Positions 53,840 through 64,000 of a DNA stretch of 64,000 nucleotides are shown here, piece after piece (position 1 is the stretch's first letter; the number at the start of each line of letters is the position of its first letter). This DNA comes from Eledone cirrhosa (taxonomy: Eukaryota). The stretch covers positions 1,736,001 to 1,800,000 of the forward strand of contig OZ024765.1 in NCBI GenBank assembly GCA_964016885.1. The letters are read 5' to 3'. The notes under the pieces are model-generated. The model was given only the letters and a program-made list of their open reading frames with translations, was not told where the DNA came from and searched no databases. The position numbers were made by a program, and so were the translations under genes.

Positions 53840-56245
53840 TAAAGCCTCTGTGCCTGTAACATATTTTATTTGGGGTATCCCTGTTCTTCCATGGTCAAAA
53901 TTATTGGGGTTTCCCTCCTTTTACATATATTCCACCATAGCTAATAATTCAATATATACTATTTAGGTAGGGCCAAAACACCAGTGCCTAAAACATATGT
54001 TATTTGGGTCTTTTATGGTTACCATATTCAGTTTTCCTAGGGCAGGGGGTGGAGCAAACTTCTGGCCCCTTTTTCACTTCATCAATCTCTTTTTTTAACC
54101 CCCACCTCGTCCCATCCTACATCCAGTTTTCCTAGGACAGGGGGTGGAGCCAAACTTCTGGCCCCTTTTTTCACACCATCAATCCCTTTTTTTTAACACC
54201 TCCCTCCTTCAACCCCCCCTATGCTACATCCAGTTTTCCTAGGGCAGGGTGTATGGAGAAAGATTTTGATCACTTTTTCATACATATTCAACCTCTACCC
54301 TCCATCTTGAATCCAGTTTTCCTTAAATAAATTTGGGGTGGGGTATTTCAGCTCCTATTTCATTAATCTACCATATCTTCAATCCCGTTTTTCAATGCCC
54401 TCCACCCCAGCCCATCATCAATCTGCCTCCTATTTTCCTAAGGTATGGTTACCATTTTTAGGTTTGGGGATTTCACATAGCTAATTAATAATCATAATTA
54501 TATATATATATATTATACTATTTATAACATATTCTCTACCTTAGCTAACTATTTATGACAAGGCTAAAGCCCCTGTGCCTAAAACATATGTTATTTGGGC
54601 CCCCTCTGCCCTTCATGGTGTAAATTATTGGGGTTTCTTTTTACATATACTCTACTACAGCTAATTAGTTAATTAATAAATATATATTATTTATAATAAG
54701 GTTGAAGCAGCTGTGCCTAAAACATATATTATTTGGGCCCTCTCTGCCTTTCATGGCGCAAATATTGGGGTCCCCCCTTTTAATTACACTCCACTATAGT
54801 TAATTTATAAATATATACTATTTACACCAAGGTCGATGCACCTGTGCCTAAAATATATGTTATTTGGACCGTCTCTGCCCTTTGTGGTCAAATTATTGGT
54901 GTTTTCTCTATTACAGCTAATAAATTATTTATAATAGGTCCGAAGCATCTGTGCCTAAATATATATTCACCTGAGCCCTTACTGCTCTTCATGGTCACCA
55001 TTTGGGGATTTCCCCCCTTTTAATTATACTCTACTATAGCTAATTAGCTAATTGAATACTATTTATAAGGTCCTGTGCCTAAAATATTTGTTACCCAAGC
55101 CCTCTCTGCCTGTCATTGGGGCTAACCAAGCAAAATCTCTTCATTCCTGGAAGAACAGGGCTTCGACTCTAACCAAGTGAGGCCGGGATGTTTATGTAAA
55201 GACAAGGCTTTCATCCTTAACCAAGCAAGGTCCTTATGTTCCTAGAAGTATAGGGTTTGGTCCCTAACCAAGCAAGGTCCTTATGTTCAGGGAAGTATAG
55301 GGTTTGGTCCCTAACCAAGCAAGGTCCTTATGTTCCTAGAAGTATAGGGTTTGGTCCCTAACCAAGCAAGGTCCTTATGTTCAGGGAAGTATAGGGTTTG
55401 GTCCCTAACCAAGCAAGGTCCTTATGTTCAGGGAAGAACAGTTATTGAACCATATTGATCAAAATAACCAAACAAATGTCTGATCAATAAATATTGATTA
55501 TTAATTTACCTGGGGAATCTATCATGCTCTAATAGAAGCGATAGGGTCACTGATCAGAGTTATTGATCTCTGATTTTGTGTTCACTGATCACTCATGAAT
55601 TTTCCTAAGGTTGATCTCCAAAGTTTTTTTCATAGAATCTGCAAAGACCCCCCCCCCCCTCGCTTTCGCTTCCCACCAAAAAAAAAGTAATTGGAAAAAT
55701 TTAATTAAAATTTTAGACCCCTTGTTGTGACTTTTGGTCCACCCTGTATTATAATTAATAAATATATTATGATAGGGGTCTCCCCTCTTTAAAAAAAAAT
55801 TATAATAAAATAAAATAAAAGCACCTGTGCCTATAACATTATCTGCACCCTATTCTCATTTCATTACCAAATAATCTGGGGCCCACTCTGCTCCCTTTTC
55901 ATGGTCCAATTATTTCAAACCTGCCCTACACCCATTTCAAGGGCAAATTATTTTGGGCCCACCCTACTCCCATTTCATGGTCAAATAATCTGGGACCCAC
56001 CCTATTTCCATTTCAAATGTTGATTATTTAGGGCTCACCCAACTCCCATTTCATTATCAAATTATTTGGGGCCTGCCCTACTCCCTACATTTCAAAGGCT
56101 GCTTATTTAGGGCTCACTCTATTCACATTTCATGGTCTATTTATTTAGGGCTCACCCTACTCCCTACATTTCATTATGAAATTATTTGGGGCCACCCTAC
56201 TCCTATATTCCTATTTCATGGTCCAATTGTTTAGGGCTCACTCTA
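53840..56245. repeat. Cluster of degenerate tandem repeats (~120-bp cctgtgcctaaaacatatg; 46/47-bp 55215-55440; ~40-bp 55860-56240)
   Basis: Direct inspection. Confidence 0.75.
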
Positions 56246-57059
56246 CCCCTGTTTGTGTAGGGCAGATTCTGCTCACGTAGTTTTTTACATGCTACCTATA
56301 TATATATATGTATATACATGCTACCTATATATATATGTATATATATATGTATATATACACATGATATATATACATGCACACAATATATATATACACATAC
56401 ACAATATATATATATACACATACAAGGTATGTATATATATATATGTGTGTGTGTATGTATGTATGTATATATATATATATATACACACACACATACAAGG
56501 TGTATATATATATATATATACACACACATACATACAAGGTGTATATATATATATATATATACACATACAAGGTATATATATATATATATATATATGCATG
56601 TATGTATGTATGTATGTGTATATGCAAAAGGCAAACAGAAATAACAAAGCAAACAACACAGTACAATGAAGAAATATATTAGTTTTACGCTTGATACAGT
56701 AGGAAAAGAGTCTTAAAGTTTCGAATGCTAGTCCTTCATCAGAGGATAGTACATATATGTATATATGTATGTATATATATAAAAGGTATTCAGATGTACA
56801 GTTTGAAAACATATATTGTCAAGTATTTGCTTCTTTCAATATGGATAGTAGTTTGAAAGACATTTTAAAATACGTGGTTCTTTTTTTAAAACATGGATAG
56901 ATTTGACAGATATACTAACCCTTTTTGTTACCATATTTCTCCTGAAAGACACTGCCTATGGTTTTCAAATATGGTCCCTTTTTAAAAAAAAAAATGTGGA
57001 TAGTTTTGACGGGAATTTTATAAATGGTTCTTTTTAAAACATGAACAGTTTCATGGGAT

Positions 57060-57680
57060 TCATAACCATGTGGGCCTGACAATGTTTTATTAACATGTGG
57101 GCTTTGATAGTGTTTTTATAAACATGTGGGTTTTTGATAGCATTTTATAAACGTGGGCTTGGTAATGGTTTATAAACATGTAGGCTCGACATTGGTTTAT
57201 AAACTTGTGGGCTTCGATAGTGTTTTACAAACGTGGGCTCAACAATGGTTTATAAACATGTAGGCTTTGATAGCATTTTATAAACATGTAGGCCTGAATC
57301 GTGTTTAATAAACATGTGGGCTTCGATAGCATTTTATAAAGATGTAGGCCTCGATAGAGTTTTATAAACATGTGGGCTTGGTAATGGTTTAAAAACATGG
57401 ACTTTGATAGTGTTTTATAAACATGTAGGCCTGGATTGTGTTTCATAAACATGTGGCCTTCAAAAATGTTTTATAAACTTGTGGGCTCGACAAGGGTTTA
57501 TAAACATGTGGGCTTCGTTAGCGTATTATAAACATGTAGGCCTCGATTGTGTTTTATAAACATGTGGGCCGCGATATCGTTTTATAAACATGTGGGCCGC
57601 GATAACGTTTTATAAAATGTGGATCGCGATAACGTTTTATAAACATGTGGGTCGCGATAACGTTTTATAAACGTGGGCTC
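57060..57680. repeat. ~30-bp degenerate minisatellite (tttataaacatgtgggc...)
   Basis: Direct inspection. Confidence 0.85.
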
Positions 57681-57825
57681 AGAGTGCATTTTAAAACGTG
57701 GTTCTTTTTTTTTTTTTTTTTTTTATATATAAAAAAAAAAATCTCCCTGAAAAAATAATCATGGATAAAAATCCTTGTTTGACGACGTTTTCAAGTTTGT
57801 ATCTTCACACCTGACTAAAGTGTCT

Positions 57826-57859
<34 letters not shown>

Positions 57860-58368
57860 TAATAATTGTCACATTGATTGTGATCATGTGATGTTACAAT
57901 ATTTATATTATTTAAAAAAAATAAAGGGTGGGGTGGGAAAAGATTTGGGGGAATCTTGCCACAAAAGTAAACTGGCTTTTTAAAAAAAAAAAAAACAACA
58001 AAACAAAACATGGATGGGGAGGGGGGGATTGGTGGGTTTTATACATCCAAATTATTATTATTATTATTATTGTTATTATTATTGTTATTGTTGTTGTTGT
58101 TGCTCTAGCTCTTTCCATTTTCTGAGCTAAAATCCCAACTGTGGTCAATTTTTGCCTTTCATTCCCCTACCTCCGGGCTGGGGGAGGGGGGCTGGGCAGG
58201 CAGGAGGGGAGATAAGATAATGTAGTACCAGTGAAATACTGGGGTTGGCTGGTGGTGGGTTGATTTAATCGACTTTCTCCTCTCCCTCCTCCTCCTCTCC
58301 TCAGTCAGTCATTTCTCCCACCCCACCTCCGCCATATCGCTGGCATTGTGCTTAAATTAGAAAAAAAC

Positions 58369-58410
<42 letters not shown>

Positions 58411-58593
58411 CATTATTGGCAGTATCGGTAGAGGGTCGGACGCCATGCTTTGCAGCATAGAGTTACGGCCCTTTATGATCTGAGCTCAAATCCCGCCGAA
58501 GTTAACTTTGCCTTTCATCCTTACGGGGTCGATAAAATAAAGTACCAGTAATACACTGGGGTAATTGCTGGCCTTGTGCCTAACGTAGAAACA

Positions 58594-58640
<47 letters not shown>

Positions 58641-58758
58641 CTTTGTAAAGTTCGAGACACTCCCAAAGCCTACCTCATGTTTCACAGATGACTTTCACTT
58701 TAATGATAATAAAAGAGGTGTAGCGGTTGTAGTAGTAGTAGTTGTTGTAGTTGTGGTT

Positions 58759-58806
<48 letters not shown>

Positions 58807-58912
58807 AGTGTACGGGCTACTACCAGTAGTGTTTTTGTGTGAAACTCTCTCTATATATATTTGTGTGTATATATATATATATGTGTGTTTTTATATATAT
58901 GTTTGTGTATAT

Positions 58913-58952
<40 letters not shown>

Positions 58953-59187
58953 ATATATATGTGTGTGTTTTTATATATATATATGTATGTGTATATATAT
59001 GTATATATATAACGAAGGAGTTGTGGTAAGGAACCAGATGGACCATAACGCACCAGAGTACTCAATACTTTGAGTAGTAGAATGGGTAATAGGAAAAAGT
59101 ATGACCCCGACGGCTGAACTCCGGCCATTTCAACAGCTACTTCTGTTGAAACGACTGGAGCTCTGCCGTCGGGGTCCTGACTCTTTT

Positions 59188-59222
<35 letters not shown>

Positions 59223-59536
59223 CCCTGCGATCAGTTATGAGGAATCTTGTATTCTCAGTCTACACGTAGAGTGCTTTTCCTACTATTACATCATGGTTAA
59301 CTATACGGCATAACCAGTTCTATCCAGTGGTGAAACACCAACTTCAATGAATATATATATATATACACACACACATATATATATCGTCATCGTTTAACAT
59401 CCATCTTCCATGCTAGCATTGGTTAGATGGGTTTGTCCCATTTAGAGGCAAGTTGGGTCGGGCGACCGTGTCTCGCTCATATAGGACTGTTTCTGGTTAG
59501 TTTTCTACGGCTGGATGACATTCCTAGTGCTGACCA

Positions 59537-61190
59537 CATTTACAGTGTGTACTGGGAGCCTTTTGTTGTGACACCTACATGGCCACTTTACAGTGTGTAC
59601 TGGGAGCCTTTTGTTGTGACACCTACATGGCCACTTTACAGTGTGTACTGGGAGCCTTTTGTTGTGACACCTACACGACCACTTTACAGTGTGTACTGGG
59701 AGCCTTTTGTTGTGACACCTACATGGCCACTTTACAGTGTGTACTGGGAGCCTTTTGTTGTGACACCTACAAGGCCACTTTACAGTGTGTACTGGGAGCC
59801 TTTTGTTGTGACACCTACATGGCCACTTTACAGTGTGTACTGGGAGCCTTTTGTTGTGACACCTACATGGCCACTTTACAGTGTGTACTGGGTGCCTTAT
59901 GTTGTGACACCTACAAGGCCACTTTACAGTGTGTACTGGGAGCCTTTTGTTGTGACACCTACATGGCCACTTTACAGTGTGTACTGGGAGCCTTATGTTG
60001 TGACACCTACAAGGCCACTTTACAGTGTGTACTGGGAGCCTTTTGTTGTGACACCTACATGGCCACTTTACAGTGTGTACTGGGAGCCTTTTGTTGTGAC
60101 ACCTACATGGCCACTTTACAGTGTGTACTGGGTGCCTTATGTTGTGACACCTACAAGGCCACTTTACAGTGTGTACTGGGAGCCTTTTGTTGTGACACCT
60201 ACATGGCCACTTTACAGTGTGTACTGGGAGCCTTATGTTGTGACACCTACAAGGCCACTTTACAGTGTGTACTGGGAGCCTTTTGTTGTGACACCTACAT
60301 GGCCACTTTACAGTGTGTACTGGGAGCCTTTTGTTGTGACACCTACATGGCCACTTTACAGTGTGTACTGGGAGCCTTTTGTTGTGACACCTACATGGCC
60401 ACTTTACAGTGTGTACTGGGTGCCTTATGTTGTGACACCTACAAGGCCACTTTACAGTGTGTACTGGGAGCCTTTTGTTGTGACACCTACACGGCCACTT
60501 TACAGTGTGTACTGGGAGCCTTATGTTGTGACACCTACAAGGCCACTTTACAGTGTGTACTGGGAGCCTTTTGTTGTGACACCTACAAGGCCACTTTACA
60601 GTGTGTACTGGGTGCCTTATGTTGTGACACCTACAAGGCCACTTTACAGTGTGTACTGGGAGCCTTTTGTTGTGACACCTACATGGCCACTTTACAGTGT
60701 GTACTGGGTGCCTTATGTTGTGACACCTACAAGGCCACTTTACAGTGTGTACTGGGTGCCTTATGTTGTGACACCTACAAGGCCACTTTACAGTGTGTAC
60801 TGGGAGCCTTTTGTTGTGACACCTACATGGCCACTTTACAGTGTGTACTGGGAGCCTTTTGTTGTGACACCTACAAGGCCACTTTACAGTGTGTACTGGG
60901 TGCCTTATGTTGTGACACCTACAAGGCCACTTTACAGTGTGTACTGGGAGCCTTTTGTTGTGACACCTACATGGCCACTTTACAGTGTGTACTGGGAGCC
61001 TTTTGTTGTGACACCTACAAGGCCACTTTACAGTGTGTACTGGGAGCCTTTTGTTGTGACACCTACATGGCCACTTTACAGTGTGTACTGGGAGCCTTTT
61101 GTTGTGACACCTACATGGCCACTTTACAGTGTGGACTGGGAGCCTTTTGTTGTGACACCTACATGGCCACTTTACAGTGTGTACTGGGTG
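59537..61190. repeat. 48-bp minisatellite (~34 copies) inside an RTE-tailed element
   Basis: tttacagtgtgtactgggagccttttgttgtgacacctacatggccac periodicity; flanks continue as the retroelement. Confidence 0.95.
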
Positions 61191-61442
61191 TTCTGTGGTA
61201 CCAACATAATTTTACAGAGAAAGGGTGGTGTGGGCAGAAGTGTGAAGATGGAGTAGGGGTAGTGGGTTGGAGTGTATATTGGGTTAAGAGGTGCCTACTG
61301 ACTGTAGGTTTAAGTATGAGTTATTTGTTTTGTTGATTATTCAACAAAGTTAATTTATAACAGTTTAGAAGCACTCAACAGTATTTCTGGATTATAATAT
61401 CAATGATATTAAATAAATAGAAACTATATATAAAACCATATT

Positions 61443-61503
61443 TATTCTATTATATATATTTCAAGGGTACCAAGACTTTGGTACGCTTTCATCAGATAAA
61501 ATA
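61443..61503 (-). ncRNA. Minimal type-I hammerhead ribozyme motif (mirror arm)
   Basis: Reverse complement TATTTTAT-CTGATGA-AAGCGTACCAAagtcTTGGTACCCTT-GAAA-TATATA-TA^ATAGAATA. Confidence 0.85.
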
Positions 61504-61621
61504 CAAAGTTTGTTTTATAAATATTTGACATATCCAGGAAGAAGATCTTAACGGTTATCCAGGAAAAACTTGAACCGTTAAGATCTTCCTGGCTATGTCA
61601 ATATTTATAAAACGAACTTTG

Positions 61622-61682
61622 TATTTTATCTGATGAGAGCGTACCAAAGTTTTGGTACCCTTGAAATATATATAATAGAATA
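61622..61682 (+). ncRNA. Minimal type-I hammerhead ribozyme motif
   Basis: TATTTTAT-CTGATGA-[GAGCGTACCAA agtt TTGGTACCCTT]-GAAA-TATATA-TA^ATAGAATA; intact core, stems I and II pair, palindromic stem III. Confidence 0.85.
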
Positions 61683-61931
61683 AATATGGTTTTATAAATA
61701 TAGTTTCTATTTATTTAATATCATTGATATATATATATAGATGTATATATAGATGTATATATAGATGTATATATAGATGTATATATATATAGATGTATAT
61801 ATAGATGTATATATATATAGATGTATATATATATAGATGTATATATATATAGATGTATATATATATAGATGTATATATATATAGATGTATATATATATAG
61901 ATGTATATATATATAGATGTATATATATATG

Positions 61932-61984
<53 letters not shown>

Positions 61985-62695
61985 GTATATGTATATATAT
62001 ATATATGTATATATATATGTATATATATAGATGTATATATATATGTATATATATATATGTATATATATAGATGTATATATATATAGATGTATATATATAT
62101 GTATATATATAGATGTATATATATATGTATATATATATATAGATGTATATATATATATATATATATAGATGTATATATATATATATATATATATAGATGT
62201 ATATATATATGTATATATATATATATGTATATATATATAGATGTATATATATATGTATATATATATATATGTATATATATATAGATGTATATATAGATGT
62301 ATATATATATAGATGTATATATAGATGTATATATATATAGATGTATATATATATGTATATATATATAGATGTATATATAGATGTATATATATATAGATGT
62401 ATATATAGATGTATATATATATAGATGTATATATAGATATATATATATATGTATATATATATAGATGTATATATATACAGATGTATATATATATGTATAT
62501 ATATATAGATGTATATATATATGTATATATATATAGATGTATATATATATGTATATATATATAGATGTATATATATATGTATATATATATAGATGTATAT
62601 ATATATGTATATATATATAGATGTATATATATATGTATATATATATAGATATGTGTATATATATATATATGTATATATATATATGTATATATATG

Positions 62696-62770
<75 letters not shown>

Positions 62771-63030
62771 GTATATACACATGCTAACTATCCTGCCAGG
62801 TGATTCTTTAGACTGTCTTGTCCCTCTACACCTTTTTTCTTGCTTCATGTACCACCTTCCATAACATCAAGTGGTGTTTCACATTTCTTCACTTTTCCTC
62901 TTCCATAGTGCAAGTCATGTTGTTGTTGTTGTTGTCGTGGTTTTTGGTAATATGACAAACTAGCATGGCCTGACTGAATTATAAGAGACAAAATATATGT
63001 TGAGGTGTTGTTCTTATCGATGTTGTTTAA

Positions 63031-63878
63031 CCCCTTTCTTACCATATTTACCTGGTGTTTGGCACATAACTTAACAAAGGTTCTTACATAAAATTAGGAT
63101 GGAAGGTTTTAGCAAACTATAAACATTTTAACCCCTTTGTTATCATATTTATTTAGTGTTTGGAACATAACTTAACAAAGGTTCTTACATAAAATTAGGA
63201 TGGAAGGTTTTAGCAAACTATAAACATTTTAACCCCTTTGTTATCATATTTATCTAGTGTTTGGAATATAACTTAACAAAGGTTCTTACATAAAATTAGG
63301 ATGGAAGGTTTTAGCAAACTATAAACATTTTAACCCCTTTGTTATCATATTTATCTAGTGTTTGGAATATAACTTAACAAAGGTTCTTACATAAAATTAG
63401 GATGGAAGCTTTTAGCAAACTATAAACATTTTAACCCCTTTGTTATCATATTTATCTAGTGTTTGGAATATAACTTAACAAAGGTTCTTACATAAAATAT
63501 GGATGGAAGCTTTTAGCAAACTATAAACATTTTAACCCCTTTGTTATCATATTTATCTAGTGTTTGGAACATAACTTAACAAAAGTTCTTACATAAAATT
63601 AGGATGGAAGGTTTTAGCAAACTATAAACATTTTAACCCCTTTGTTATCATATTTATCTAGTGTTTGGAACATAACTTAACAAAGGTTCTTCTATAAAAT
63701 TATGTTGGAGGGATTTACTAAAAGTATTAATTATTTCATTAGTAAGATAGTAACTTAAAGAAAGGTTCTTATATAAAATTATGTTGGATGATTTTAATTT
63801 AAATTGGAAACCTTTAAAATGGGTGGTTTTATTTCATAGAACCAGAGCTGGTTTGGGCCCAGGTTGGTAACTAAAGGA
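63031..63878. mobile_element. Second TTAA-flanked piggyBac-like MITE with 101-bp tandem array (~6.5 copies); related ends at 15790-15904(-), 33310-33466, 56915-56965
   Basis: TTAA-CCCCTTT..TACC ... GGTAAC.AAAGG-TTAA; 101-bp periodicity (63070, 63171, 63272...). Confidence 0.8.
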
Positions 63879-64000
63879 TTAAAGAAGTTCTCAAATTTCC
63901 CTCCTCCTTCTCTTTCTCCTCCTACTGATGTCACACTTTGTAAAATATATAAGTACAATATATTTAGACAAAGCTTGGCTCCACCTCTGTTATTTAAACA

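Noticed and set aside
59427-61336. 609-aa and 585-aa repeat ORFs
   Set aside because: 48-bp minisatellite in a retroelement tail; open in two frames by chance.

Overview
Eukaryotic, highly repetitive, microsatellite-rich genomic DNA. The SINE repertoire and (TA)n load look like an octopod cephalopod (inference). The only host gene is on the + strand: the 3' half of an alan shepard/RBMS1-3 family RRM RNA-binding protein gene. It has seven coding exons from RRM2 to the stop codon (15248-26846), all with GT-AG boundaries and consistent phases; RRM1 lies upstream of the window. The rest is TE-derived: a decayed DD37D (maT) Tc1/mariner transposon, RTE- and Tx1-like LINE 3' ends (one with a twin-priming-type inversion), tRNA-SINEs, TTAA-flanked piggyBac-like MITEs, and many minisatellites that demonstrably arose inside these TEs. 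The most unusual signal is a dispersed set of minimal type-I hammerhead ribozyme motifs of Penelope-like pLTR type. They mostly sit as back-to-back pairs in fold-back palindromes (10.2, 22.7, 24.2, 61.5 kb), plus a solo copy (23.5 kb), a tandem 106-bp array (52 kb) and 'half-hammerhead' hairpins (17-18, 23.7, 59.1 kb). Three of these loci show compensatory stem II changes and a conserved C-C mismatch. Inside the gene, every sense-strand copy is damaged. All long ORFs in the supplied track other than the TE remnants are repeat artefacts.
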